Shown in pieces: positions 16,231 to 31,300 of a DNA stretch of 64,000 nucleotides. A program made the position numbers and the translations under genes. The stretch comes from the human T2T-CHM13v2.0 reference genome, Homo sapiens: the NCBI RefSeq assembly GCF_009914755.1, contig NC_060938.1; one strand, written 5' to 3'. Each line of letters starts with the position of its first letter. Positions within the stretch are counted from its first letter, which is position 1. The notes under the pieces were generated by a model, which saw nothing but the letters and a program-made list of their open reading frames with translations, ran no database searches and was not told where the DNA came from.

Positions 16231-17299
16231 TTGCCTTCCATTCCACTGCATTCCATTCCATTCCATTCCATTCCATTCCATTCCATTCCATTCCACTCCA
16301 TTCCACTCGGGTTGATTCCATACCTTTCCATTCCATTCTTTTCCATTCATTCCTTTCCACTCCATTCCATTCCAGTCGGGTTGATTCCATTCCATTGCTT
16401 TCCATTCCATTCCATTGCATGTCTTTCTATTCCATTCCACTCGGGTTGATTCCGTTGCATTCTATTCCATTCCATGGCACTTGGCTTGATTCCATTCCAT
16501 TCCATACCATTCCATTCCATTCATTTCCATTACAGTCGGGTTGATTCCATAGCATTCCTTTCCATTTCATTGCATTCCATTCCATTCCACTCCATTCCGT
16601 TCCATTCCAGTCCATTCCACTCCATTCCATTCCATTCCATTCCACTCCATTCCATTACATTCCATTCCACTCGAGTTGATTCTATTCCATTCCACTCCAT
16701 TCCATTCCATTCCATTCCTCTCCATTCAATTCCTCTCTGATTCAATCTATTCCGTTCCCTTCCATTCCGTTCTGTTCCATTCTGTTCCATTGCATTCCAT
16801 ACCATTCCATTCCACTCGGGATGTTTCCATTCCATTCCATTATATTACGTTTCATTCCATTGCATTCCATTCCATTCCATTCCACTCGGGTTGATTCCAT
16901 TCCATTCCATTCCATTCCATTCCATTCCATTCCATTCCATTGCACTCCGGTTGATTCCATTCCATTCCATTACATTTTATTCCATTCCATTCCGTTCCAT
17001 TCCATTGCATTCAATAATATTCCACTCGGGTTGATTCCATACCATTGCTTTCCATTCCATTCCATTGAATTCCATTCCATTCCATTCCACTCGGGTTGAT
17101 TGCATGCCATTCCATTCCATTCCATTCCATTCCATTCCATTCCACTCCATTCCATTCGGGTTGATTCCATTCTATTCCATTCCATTCCATTCCATTGCAT
17201 TCCATTGCATTGCATTCGGGTTCATTCCATGCATTGAATTCCATTCCGTTCCGTTCCATTCTATTCCATTCCATTCCATTGCATTGCCTTCCATTCCAC

Positions 17300-20200
17300 T
17301 CCATTCCATTCCATTCCACTCCATTCCACTCCATTCCATTCCACTCCATTCCATTCCACTCCATTCCATTCCATTCCATTCCATTCCACTCCATCCATTC
17401 CATTCCATTCCATTCCATTCCACTCGGGTTGTTTCCAAAGCTTTCCATTCCATTCCATTCCCTTCATAACTTTCCATTCCATTCCATTCCAGTCGGGTTG
17501 ATTCCATTCAATTGCTTTCCATTCCATTCCATTGCATGCCTTTCTATTCCATTCCACTCGGGTTGATTGCGTTGCATTCTATTCCATTCCATTGCACTTG
17601 GGTTGATTCCATTCCATTGCATTCCATTCCATCCATTCCTTTCCATTCTTTTCCATTACACTTGGGTTGATTCAATAGGATTCCTTTCCATTCCATTCCA
17701 TTCCATTCCATTCTATTCCATCCCATTCTGGTTGATTCCATTCTATTCCATTCCATTCCATTCCATTCCTTTCCATTCCATTCAGGTTGATTCCATTCCA
17801 TTCCATTCCATCCCATCCTATTTGGGTTGATTCCATTCCATTCGATTCCATTCCATTCCACTCCTTTCCATTCCATTCCATTCCATTCCATTCCATTCCA
17901 TTCCATTCTGGTTGATTCCATTCCATTAAATTCCACTGCATTCCATTCCATTCCATTCCACTCCATTCCATTACATTCCACTCCATGCATTCCGTTCCAT
18001 TCCACCCGGATTGATTCCATTCCATTCCATTCCATTCTATGCTCTTCCATTACAGTTGATTCGGTTGGATTCCATTCCGTTCCATTCCATTCCACAGCAT
18101 TCAGTTCCATTCCGTTCCGTTCCATTCCATTCGTGTTGTTTCTATTCCATTCCACACCATTCTATTCCATTCCATTCCATTCCATTCGGGTTGATTCCAT
18201 TCCATTCCATTCCATTCCATGCCATTCCATTCAATTCCATTCCATTCCACTCCATTCCATTACATTCCATTCCACACGAGTTGATTCTATTCCATTCCAT
18301 TCCATTCCATTCCATTCCATTCCATTCTATTCGGGTTCATTCCATACCATTCAATTCCATTCCGTTCCGTTCCATTCCATTCCATTCCATTCCATTCCAT
18401 TCCATTCCATTGCCTTCCATTCCACTCCATTCCATTCCATTCCATTTCATTCCATTCCATTCCATTCCATTCCACTCGGGTTGATTCCATAGCTTTCCAT
18501 TCCATTGCATTCCATTCATTCCTTTCCATTCCGTTCCATTCCAGTCGGGTTGATTCCATTCCATTGCTTTCCGTTCCATTCCATTGCATGCCTTTCTATT
18601 CCATTCCACTCGGGTTGATTCTGTTGCATTCTATTCTATTCCATTGCACTTGGCTTGGTTCCTTTCCATTCCATTCCATTTCATTCATTTCCATAACACT
18701 CGGGTTGATTTCATAGTATTCCTTTCCATTTCATTGCATTCATTCCATTCCACTCCATTCCATTCCATTCCAATCCGGTTGATTCCATTCCATTCCATTC
18801 CCTTCCACTCGGGTTGATTCCATTCCATTCCATTGCATTCCATTCCATACCATTCCTCTCGGGTTGATTCCATACCAATCTATGCTATTCCATTCCATTA
18901 AACATCATTCCATTCCATTCCACTCGGGTTGATTCCATTCCATTCCATTCCATTCCATTCCATTCCATTCCATTGCATTCCATTCCATTCCATTCCATTC
19001 TATTCCATTCCAGTCCGTTCCATTCCACTCGGGTTGATTCCATACCATTCCATTCCATTCCATTCATTCCTTTAAATTCCATTCCATTCCATTCTGGTTG
19101 ATTCCATTCCATTCCTTTCCATTCCATTTCATTCCATTCCTTTCCATTCCATTCTACTCGGGTTGATTCCGTTGCATTCCATTCCATTCCATTCTATTCC
19201 ATTCCAGTCCATTCCATTCCACTCGGGTTGATTCCATACCATTCCATTCCATTCCATTCCATTCCATTCCATTCCATTCATTCCTTTCTATTCCATTCCA
19301 TTCCATTCGGGTTGATTCCATTCCATTCCTTTCCATTCCATTTCATTCCATTCCTTTCCATTCCATTCCTCTCGGGTTGATTCCGTTGCATTCCATTGCA
19401 TTCCATTGCACTTGGGTTGATTCCATTCCATTCCATTCCATTACTTTCCATTCCTTTCCATTCCATTCTGTTCCATTCTGTTCGGGTTGATTCCATTCCA
19501 TTAAATTCCACTGCATTCCATTCCATTCCATTCCAATCCATTCCATTCCATTCCACTCCATACATTCCATTCCTTTCCACCCGGATTGATTCCATTCCAT
19601 TCCATTCCATTCTATGCTATTCCATTCCAGTTGATTCCATTGGATTCCATTCCGTTCCATTCTATTCGTGTTTATTTCATTCCATTCCATTCCATTCCAC
19701 AGCATTCCACTCCATTCCATTCAATTCCATTCAATTCCACTCCATTCTATTACATTCCATTCCACTCGAGTTGATTCTATTCCATTCCATTCCATTCCAA
19801 TCCATCCCATTCCATTCCATTCCTTTCCATTCCATTCATTCCCATTACACTCGGGTTGATTCCATTGTATTGCATTCCATTCCATTCCATTCCATTCCAT
19901 TCCATCCCATTCTGGTTGATTCCATTCTATTCCGTTCCATTCCATTCCATTCCATTCCTTTCCATTCCATTCCATTCCATTCCATTCCATACTTTTCCAC
20001 TCTGGTTGATTGCATACCATTCCATTCCATTCCGTTCCATTCCATTCCTTTCCATACTATTCCACTCTGGTTAATTCCATATCATTCCTTTCCATTCCAT
20101 TCCAATCCATTCCATTCCATTCCAGGTGATTCCTTTGCATTCCATCCTGTTCCATTCCATTCCTTTCCATTCCATTCCACTCGGGTTGATTCCAGTCCAT

Positions 20201-21900
20201 TGCATTCCATTCCGTTCCTCTCGGGTTGATTCCATTCCATTCTATTCCATTTTATTCCACTCGAGTTGATTCCATTCCATTCCATTCCATTCCATTCCAT
20301 TCCATTCCATTCCATTCCGTTCCACTCGGTTTGATTCCATTCCATTCCATTCCACTTTATTCCACTCCACTAGAGTTGATTCCATTCCATTCCATTCCAT
20401 TCCATTCCACTCCATTAGATTCCATTCCATACCAACCGGATTGATTCCATTCCACTACATTCCATTCCATTCCATTCCATTCCTTTCCAGATGATTCCAT
20501 TGGATTCCATTCCATTCCATTCCATTGCATTCCATTCCATTCCATTCTATTCCACTCGAGTTTTTTCCTCTTCATTCCATTGCATTACATTCCATTTCAT
20601 TCCACTCGGGTTCATTCCATTCCTTCCATTCCATTCCATTCCACTCGGGTTAAATCCATTAGATTTCATTCCCTTCCCTTCCATTCCATTCAATTCCACT
20701 CGGGTGGATTCCATTGCATTACATTCCATTTTATGCCATTCCATTCTGTTCCATTCCATTCCATTCCATACTATTCCACTCTGGTTGATTCCATATCATT
20801 CCATTCCATTCCGTTCCATTCCATTCCATTCCATACTATTCCACTCTGGTTGATTGCATACCATTCCATTCCATTCCATTCCAATCCATTCCATTCCATT
20901 CCAGGTGATTCCTTTGCATTCCATCATGTTCCATTCCATTCCTTTCCATTCCATTCCACTCGGGTTGATTCCATCCCATTGCATTCCATTCTGTTCCTCT
21001 CGGGTTGATTCCATTCCATTCTATTCCATTTTATTCCACTCGAGTTGATTCCATTCCATTCTATTCCATTCCATTGCATTCCATTCCATTGCATTCCATT
21101 CCATTCCATTCCATTCCACTCAGGTTGATTCTGCTCCATTCCATTGCATTCCATTCCATTTCATTCCATTCCATTCGTGTTGAATCCATTTCATTCCATT
21201 CCGATCCATTGCATTCCATTCCTTTCCATTTCATTCCATTCCTTTCCTTTCGGGTTGATTCCATTCCATTCCATTCCATTCCATTCCGTTCCATTCCACT
21301 CCATGCCATTCCGTTCCATTCCACCAGGATTGATTCCATTCCATTGCATTATAATCCATTCCATTCTATTCCTTTCCACTCCGGTTGATTCAATTGCATT
21401 CCATTCCATTCCATTCCATTCCAGTTGATTCCAAAGCCTTGCATTCCATTACATTCCATTGCATTCCATTCCATTCCATTGCATTCCAATCTATTCCATT
21501 CCACTCGTTTTCATTCCATTCCACTCCATTCCATTCCATTCCATTCCATTCCATTCCATTCCACTCGGTTTGATTCCATTCCATTCCATTCCATTCCATT
21601 CCATTCCATTCCATTCCACTCGGGTTGATTCCATTCCATTCCATTCCATTCTATTCCATTCCACTCGGGTTTATTAAATTCCGTTCCTTTCCATTTCATT
21701 GCATTCCATTCCATTCCACTCCATTCCATTCCATTCCAATCCGGTTGATTCCATTCCATTCCATTCCCTTCCACTCGGGTTGATTCCATTCCATTCCATT
21801 GCATTTTATTCCATTCCATTCCATTCCATTGCATTCCATTCCATACCATTCCTGTCGGGTTGATTCCATACCAATCTATTCTATTCCATTCCATTAACTA
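17300..21900. repeat. Block A, copy 1 (~4.6 kb)
   Basis: Landmarks aagctt (17438), ttcaataggattcc, ctcgagttttttcctctt (~20555), gttaaatccattagatttc, ccaaagccttgc recur at +18.3 to +18.6 kb. Confidence 0.85.
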
Positions 21901-24900
21901 CATTCCATTCCATTCCACTCGGGTTGATTCCATTCCATTCCATTCCATTCCATTCCATTCCATGCCATTCCATTCCATTCGTGTTGATTCATTCCATTCC
22001 ATTCCATTCCATTCCATTCCATTCCATTCCGTTCCACTCGGGTTGATTCCATTCCATTCCATTCCAATGCATTCCTTTCCATTCCATTCCATTCGGGTTC
22101 ATTGCATTCCATTCTGTTCCATTCCGTTCCGTTCCTTTCCATTCCATTCCATTCCATGGCATTCCATTCCATTCCATTCCATTCTATTCCATTCCAGTCC
22201 ATTCCAATGCATTCCACTCCATACGTTCCATTCCATTCCACCCGGATTGATTCCATTCCATTCCATTCCATTCTATGCTATTCCATTCCAGTTGATTCCG
22301 TTGGATTCCATTCCGTTCCATTCCATTCCATTCCATTCCATTCCGTTCCCCTCGGGTTGATTCCATTCCATTCCATTCCATTCTTTTCCATTCCACTCGG
22401 GTTTATTAAATTCCGTTCCTTTCCATTTCATTGCATTCCATTCCATTCCACTCCATTCCATTCCATTCCAATCCGGTTGATTCTATTCCATTCCATTCCC
22501 TTCCACTCGGGTTGATTCCATTCCATTCCATTCCATTTTATTCCATTCCATTCCATTCCATTTCATTCCATTCCATACCATTCCTGTCGGGTTGATTCCA
22601 TACCAATCTATTCTATTCCATTCCATTAACTACATTCCATTCCATTCCACTCGGGTTGATTCCATTCCATTCCATTCCATGCCATTCCATTCCATTCGTG
22701 TTGATTCCATTCCATTCCATTCCATTCCATTCCATTCCATTCCATTCCATTCCACTCGGGTTGATTCCATTCCATTCCAATCCATTCCTTTCCATTCCAT
22801 TCCATTCGGGTTCATTCCATTCCATTCTGTTCCATTCCGTTCCGTTCCTTTCCATTCCATTCCATGGCATTCCATTCCATTCCATTCCATTCTATTCCAT
22901 TCCAGTCCATTCCAATCCATTGCACTCCATACATTCCATTCCATTCCACCCGGATTGATTCCATTCCATTCCATTCCATTCTATGCTATTCCATTCCAGT
23001 TGATTCCGTTGGATTCCATTCCGTTCCATTCCATTCCATTCCATTCCATTCCATTCCATTCCTTTCCATTGCATTCGACTCAGGTTGATTCCACTCCATT
23101 CCATTGCATTACATTCCATTTCATTCCACTCGGGTTTATTCCTTTCCATTCCATTCCGTTCCACTCGGGTTAATTCCATTCCGTTCCTTTCCGTTACATT
23201 CCATTCCATTCCATTCCATTCCTTTCCATTCTATTCCGTTCCATTTTATTGGTGTTTATTTCATTCCATTCCATTCCATTCCACAGCTTTCCATTCCAAT
23301 CCGTTCCATTCCATTCCATTCCGTTCCATTCCATTCCATTCGTGTTGTTTCCATTCCAATCCATTCCATTACATTCCATTCCACTGGAGTTGATTCTATT
23401 CCATTCCATTCCATTCCATTCCATTCGGTTTCATTCCATGCCATTCAATTCCATTCCGTTCCATTCCATTCCATTCCATTCCATTCCATTCCATTCCATT
23501 CCATTGCATTGCCTTCCATTCCACTCCATTCCATTCCATTCCATTCCATTCCATTCCACTCCATTCCATTACAATCCATTCCATTCGATTTGATTCTATT
23601 CCATTCCATTCCATTCCATTCCATTGCATTCCATTGCAGTCGGGTTCATTCCACGCCATTCAATTCCGTTCCATTCCATTCCATTCCATTCCATTCCATT
23701 CCATTCCACTCGGGTTGATTCCATACCTTTGCATTCCATTCCAATCCTTTCATTCCTTTCCTTCCCATTGCATTTCATTCGGGTTGATTCCATTCCATTG
23801 CTTTCCAATCCATTCCATTGCATGCCTTTCCATTCCATTCCACTCGGGTTGATTCCGTTGCATTCTCTTCCATTCCATTGCACTTGGGTTGATTCCATTC
23901 CATTCCATTCCATTCCATTCCATTCCATTCCATTAATTTCCATTACACTCGTGTTGATTCCATAGCATTCCATTCCATTCCATTCCATTCCATTCCATTC
24001 CATTCCAATCCATCCCATTCTGGTTGATTCCATTCTATTCTATTCCATTCCATTCCATTCCATTCCATTCCATTCCAATCCATTCCACTCCATTCCATTC
24101 CATTCCATTCCCCTCCATTCCATTCCATTCCAATCCATTCCACTCCATTCCATTCCATTCCATTCCCCTCCATTCCATTCCATTCCATTCCATTCAATTC
24201 CACTCCATTCCATTACAATCCATTCCATTCGATTTGATTCTATTCCATTCCATTCCATTGCATTCCATTGCAGTCGGGTTCATTCCATGTCATTCAATTC
24301 CGTTCCATTCCGTTCCATTCCATTCCATTCCATTCCATTTCCTTGCCTTCCATTCCACTCCATTCCATTCCATTCCATTCCATTCCATTCCATTCCATTC
24401 CACTCGAGTTGATTCCACACCTTTCCATTCCATTCCATTCCCTTCATTCCTTTCCATTCCATTCCATTCCAGTCGGGTTGATTCCATTCTATTGCTTTCC
24501 ATTCTATTCCATTGCATGTCTTTCTATTCCATTCCACGTGGGTTGATTCCGTTGCATTCTATTCCATTCCATTGCACTTGGGTTGATTCCATTCCATTCC
24601 ATTCCATTCCATTCCATTCCATTCATTTCCATTACACTCGGGTTGATTCCATAGCATTCCATTCCCTTCCATTCCATTCCATTCCATTCCATTCCATTCC
24701 ATTCCATTCTGGTTGATTCCATTCTATTCCATTCCATTCCTTTCCTTTCCATTCCATTCCATTCCATTCGGTTTGATTCTATTCCATTCCATTCCATTCC
24801 ATTGCATTCCATCCCATTCGGCTAGATTCCATTCCATTCCATTCCTTTCCATTCCATTCCGTTCCACTCGGGTTAATTCCATTCCAGTTCCATTCTATTC

Positions 24901-27900
24901 GTGTTTATTTCATTCCATTCCATTCCATTCCACAGCATTCCATTCCATTCCGTTCCGTTCCATTCCATTCTTGTTGTTTCCATTCCATTCCATTCCATTC
25001 CATTCCATTCCATTCCATTCCTTTCAATTCCATTCCATTCCGTTCCATTCCATTCCATTCGGGTTGATTCCACTCCATTCCATTCCATTGCATTCCTTTC
25101 CATTGCATTCCATTCGGGTTCATTCCATTCCATTCCGTTCCATTCCATTCCGTTCCTTTCCATTCCATTGCATTCCATTCCATTCCATTCCATTCCATTC
25201 CATTCCATTCCATTCCATTCATTTCCATTACAGTCGGGTTGATTCCATACCATTCCATTCCATTCCATTGAATTCCATACCACTCCACTACACTCGGGTT
25301 GATTCCATCCCATTCCATTCCATTCCATTCCATTCCATTCCATTCCATTCCATTCGGGTTGATTCCATTCCATTCCATTCGATTCCATTCCATTCCTTTC
25401 CATTCCATTCGGGTTGATTACATTCCATGCCATTCAATTCCATTCCGTTCCATTCCATTCCATTCCATTCCATTCAATTGCATTGCCTTCCATTCCACTC
25501 CATTCCATTGCATTCCATTCCATTCCATTCCATTCCATTCCATTCCATTCCATTCCAGTCGGGTTGATGCCATTCCATTCCATTCCATTCCATTCCATTC
25601 CATTCCACTCGGTTTGATTCCATTCCATTCCATTCCATTCCACTCCATTCCATTCCACTCGGGTTGATTCCATTCCATTCCATTCCATTCTATTCCATTC
25701 CACTCGGGTTTATTAAATTCCGTTCCTTTCCATTTCATTGCATTCCATTCCATTCCACTCCATTCCATTCCATTCCAATCCGGTTGATTCCATTCCATTC
25801 CATTCCCTTCCACTCGGGTTGATTCCATTCCATTCCATTCCATTTTATTCCATTCCATTCCATTCCATTGCATTCCATTCCATACCATTCCTGTCGGGTT
25901 GATTCCATACCAATCTATTCTATTCCATTCCATTAACTACATTCCATTCCATTCCACTCGGGTTGATTCCATTCCATTCCATTCCATTCCATTCCATGCC
26001 ATTCCATTCCATTCGTGTTGATTCCATTCCATTCCATTCCATTCCATTCCATTCCATTCCATTCCATTCCATTCCGTTCCACTCGGGTTGATTCCATTCC
26101 ATTCCATTCCAATCCATTCCTTTCCATTCCATTCCATTCGGGTTCATTGCATTCCATTCTGTTCCATTCCGTTCCGTTCCTTTCCATTCCATTCCATTCC
26201 ATGGCATTCCATTCCATTCCATTCCATTCTATTCCATTCCAGTCCATTCCAATGCATTCCACTCCATACGTTCCATTCCATTCCACCCGGATTGATTCCA
26301 TTCCATTCCATTCCATTCTATGCTATTCCATTCCAGTTGATTCCGTTGGATTCCATTCCGTTCCATTCCATTCCATTCCATTCCATTCCATTCCATTCCA
26401 TTCCATTCCTTTCCATTGCATTCGACTCAGTTTGATTCCACTCCATTCCATTGCATTACATTCCATTTCATTCCACTCGGGTTTATTCCTTTCCATTCCA
26501 TTCCGTTCCACTCGGGTTAATTCCATTCCGTTCCTTTCCGTTCCATTCCATTCCATTCCATTCCATTCCTTTCCATTCCATTCTGTTCCATTTTATTGGT
26601 GTTTATTTCATTCCATTCCATTCCATTCCACAGCTTTCCATTCCATTCCATTCCATTGCATTCCATTCGTGTTGTTTCCATTCCAATCCATTCCATTACA
26701 TTCCATTCCACTGGAGTTGATTCTATTCTATTCCATTCCATTCCATTCCATTCGGTTTCATTCCATGGCATTCAATTCCATTCCGTTCCATTCCGTTCCA
26801 TTCCATTCCATTCCATTCCATTCCATTCCATTCCATTGCATTCCATTCCATTCCATTCCATTCCATTCCATTCCATTCCATTCCACTCCATTCCATTACA
26901 ATCCATTCCATTAGATTTGATTCTATTCCATTCCATTCCATTCCCTTCCATTGCATTCCATTGCAGTCGGGTTCATTCCATGCCATTCAATTCCGTTCCG
27001 TTCCATTCCATTCCATTCCATTCCATTCCATTCCATTCCATTCCACTCGGGTTGATTCCATACCTTTGCATTCCATTCCAATCCTTTCATTCCTTTCCTT
27101 CCCATTGCATTTCATTCGGGTTGATTCCATTCCATTGCTTTCCAATCCATTCCATTGCATGCCTTTCCATTCCATTCCACTCGGGTTGATTCTGTTTCAT
27201 TCTCTTCCATTCCATTGCACTTGGGTTGATTCCACTCCATTCCATTCCATTCCATTCCATTAATTTCCATTACACTTGTGTTGATTCCATAGCATTCCAT
27301 TCCATTCCATTCCATTCCATTCCATTCCATCCCATTCTGGTTGATTCCATTCTATTCTATTTCATTCCATTCCATTCCATTCCATTCCATTCCATTCCTT
27401 TCCATTCCATTCCATTCCATTCCATTCCAATCCATTCCACTCCATTCCATTCCATTCCATTCCCCTCCATTCCATTCCATTCCATTCCATTCAATTCCAT
27501 TCCATTCCACTCCATTCCATTACAATCCATTCTATTCGATTTGATTCTATTCCAATCCATTCCATTCCATTCCATTGCATTCCATTGCAGTCGGGTTCAT
27601 TCCATGCCATTCAATTCCGTTCCATTCCGTTCCATTCCATTCCATTCCATTCCATTTCCTTGCCTTCCATTCCACTCCATTCCATTCCATTCCATTCCAT
27701 TCCATTCCATTCCACTCGAGTTGATTCCATACCTTTCCATTCCATTCCATTCCCTTCATTCCTTTCCATTCCATTCCATTCCAGTCGGGTTGATTCCATT
27801 CTATTGCTTTCCATTCTATTCCATTGCATGCCTTTCTGTTCCATTCCACGTGGGTTGATTCCGTTGCATTCTATTCCATTCCATTGCACTTGGGTTGATT

Positions 27901-30900
27901 CCATTCCATTCCATTCCATTCCATTCCATTCATTTCCATTACACTCGGGTTGATTCCATAGCATTCCATTCCATTCCATTCCATTCCATTCCATTCCATT
28001 CCATTCTGGTTGATTCCATTCTATTCCATTCCATTCCTTTCCTTTCCATTCCGTTCCATTCCATTCGGGTTGATTCTATTCCATTCCATTCCATTCCATT
28101 GCATTCCATCCCATTCGGCTAGATTCCATTCCATTCCATTCCTTTCCATTCCATTCCGTTCCACTCGGGTTAATTCCATTCCAGTTCCATTCTATTCGTG
28201 TTTATTTCATTCCATTCCATTCCATTCCACAGCATTCCATTCCATTCCGTTCCGTTCCATTCCTTTCGTGTTGTTTCCATTCCATTCCATTCCATTCCAT
28301 TCCATTCCATTCCATTCCATTCCATTCCATTCCACTCGGGTTGATTCCATTCCATTCCATTCCATTCTTTTCCATTCCACTCGGGTTTATTAAATTCCGT
28401 TCCTTTCCATTTCATTGCATTCCATTCCATTCCACTCCATTCCATTCCATTCCAATCCGGTTGATTCTATTCCATTCCATTCCCTTCCACTCGGGTTGAT
28501 TCCATTCCATTCCATTCCATTTTATTCCATTCCATTCCATTCCATTTCATTCCATTCCATACCATTCCTGTCGGGTTGATTCCATACCAATCTATTCTAT
28601 TCCATTCCATTAACTACATTCCATTCCATTCCACTCGGGTTGATTCCATTCCATTCCATTCCATTCCATGCCATTCCATTCCATTCATGTTGATTCCATT
28701 CCATTCCATTCCATTCCATTCCATTCCATTCCGTTCCAATTGGGTTGATTCCATTCCATTCCAATCCATTCCTTTCCATTCCATTCCATTCGGGTTCATT
28801 CCATTCCATTCTGTTCCATTCCGTTCCGTTCCTTTCCATTCCATTCCATGGCATTCCATTCCATTCCATTCCATTCTATTCCATTCCAGTCCATTCCAAT
28901 CCATTCCACTCCATACATTCCATTCCATTCCACCCGGATTGATTCCATTCCATTCCATTCCATTCTATGCTATTCCATTCCAGTTGATTCCGTTGGATTC
29001 CATTCCGTTCCATTCCATTCCATTCCATTCCATTCCATTCCATTCCATTCCATTCCTTTCCATTGCATTTGACTCAGGTTGATTCCACTCCATTCCATTG
29101 CATTACATTCCATTTCCTTCCACTCGGGTTTATTCCTTTCCATTCCATTCCGTTCCACTCGGGTTAATTCCATTCCGTTCCTTTCCGTTACATTCCATTC
29201 CATTTCATTCCATTCCTTTCCACTCCATTCCGTTCCATTTTATTGGTGTTTATTTCATTCCATTCCATTCCATTCCACAGCTTTCCATTCCAATCCGTTC
29301 CACTCCATTCCATTCCGTTCCATTCTATTCCATTCGTGTTGTTTCCATTCCAATCCATTCCATTACATTCCATTACACTGGAGTTGATTCTATTCCATTC
29401 CATTCCATTCCATTCCATTCGGTTTCATTCCATGCCATTCAATTCCATTCCGTTCCATTCCATTCCATTCCATTCCATTCCATTCCATTCCATTCCATTC
29501 CATTGCATTGCCTTCCATTCCACTCCACTCCATTCCATTCCATTCCATTCCATTCCATTCCATTCCATTCCACTCCATTCCATTACAATCCATTCCATTC
29601 GATTTGATTCTATTCCATTCCATTCCATTCCATTCCATTCCATTGCATTCCATTGCAGTCGGGTTCATTCCATGCCATTCAATTCCGTTCCATTCCATTC
29701 CATTCCATTCCATTCCACTCGGGTTGATTCCATACCTTTGCATTCCATTCCAATCCTTTCATTCCTTTCCTTCCCATTGCATTTCATTCGGGTTGATTCC
29801 ATTCCATTGCTTTCCAATCCATTCCATTGCATGCCTTTCCATTCCATTCCACTCGGGTTGATTCCGTTGCATTCTCTTCCATTCCATTGCACTTGGGTTG
29901 ATTCCATTCCATTCCATTCCATTCCATTCCATTCCATTCCATTCCATTAATTTCCATTACACTCGTGTTGATTCCATAGCATTCCATTCCATTCCATTCC
30001 ATTCCATTCCATTCCATTCCATCTCATTCTGGTTGATTCCATTCTATTCTATTCCATTCCATTCCATTCCATTCCAATCCATTCCACTCCATTCCATTCC
30101 ATTCCATTCCCCTCCATTCCATTCCATTCCATTCCATTCAATTCCACTCCATTCCATTACAATCCATTCCATTCGATTTGATTCTATTCCATTCCATTCC
30201 ATTGCATTCCATTGCAGTCGGGTTCATTCCATGTCATTCAATTCCGTTCCATTCTGTTCCATTCCATTCCATTCCATTCCATTTCCTTGCCTTCCATTCC
30301 ACTCCATTCCATTCCATTCCATTCCATTCCATTCCATTCCATTCCACTCGAGTTGATTCCATACCTTTCCATTCCATTCCATTCCCTTCATTCCTTTCCA
30401 TTCCATTCAATTCCAGTCGGGTTGATTCCATTCTATTGCTTTCCATTCTATTCCATTGCATGCCTTTCTATTCCATTCCACGTGGGTTGATTCCGTTGCA
30501 TTCTATTCCATTCCATTGCACTTGGGTTGATTCCATTCCATTCCATTCCATTCCATTCATTTCCATTACACTCGGGTTGATTCCATAGCATTCCATTCCA
30601 TTCCATTCCATTCCATTCCATTCCATTCCATTCCACTCGAGTTGATTCCATACCTTTCCATTCCATTCCATTCCCTTCATTCCTTTCCATTCCATTCCAT
30701 TCCAGTCGGGTTGATTCCATTCTATTGCTTTCCATTCTATTCCATTGCATGCCTTTCTATTCCATTCCACGTGGGTTGATTCCGTTGCATTCTATTCCAT
30801 TCCATTGCACTTGGGTTGATTCCATTCCATTCCATTCCATTCCATTCCATTCCATTCATTTCCATTACACTCGGGTTGATTCCATAGCATTCCATTCCAT

Positions 30901-31300
30901 TCCATTCCATTCCATTCCATTCTGGTTGATTCCATTCTATTCCATTCCATTCCTTTCCTTTCCATTCCATTCCATTCCATTCGGGTTGATTCTATTCCAT
31001 TCCATTCCATTCCATTGCATTCCATCCCATTCGGCTAGATTCCATTCCATTCCATTCCTTTCCATTCCATTCCGTTCCACTCGGGTTAATTCCATTCCAG
31101 TTCCATTCTATTCGTGTTTATTTCATTCCATTCCATTCCATTCCACAGCATTCCATTCCATTCCTTTCCGTTCCATTCCATTCGTGTTGTTTCCATTCCA
31201 TTCCATTCCATTCCATTCCATTCCTTTCCATTCCATTCCATTCCGTTCCATTCCATTCCATTCGGGTTGATTCCACTCCATTCCATTCCATTGCATTCCT
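21620..31300. repeat. Block B: tandem ~2.7-3.3 kb units in two alternating variants
   Basis: Landmark gggtttattaaattccg at ~21667, ~22399, ~25706 and ~28383. ggctagattcc at ~24820, ~28117 and ~31033. ORF offset 5984 between like variants (22613/28597). Confidence 0.8.

Noticed and set aside
20555-20575. T6 tract (gagttttttcctctt; also ~39165 and ~43547) and T8 at 50823 as terminators or retro-insertion tails
   Set aside because: The tracts are too short, with no upstream Pol III gene, hairpin or TSD. They are best explained as a mutated decamer copied with block A.
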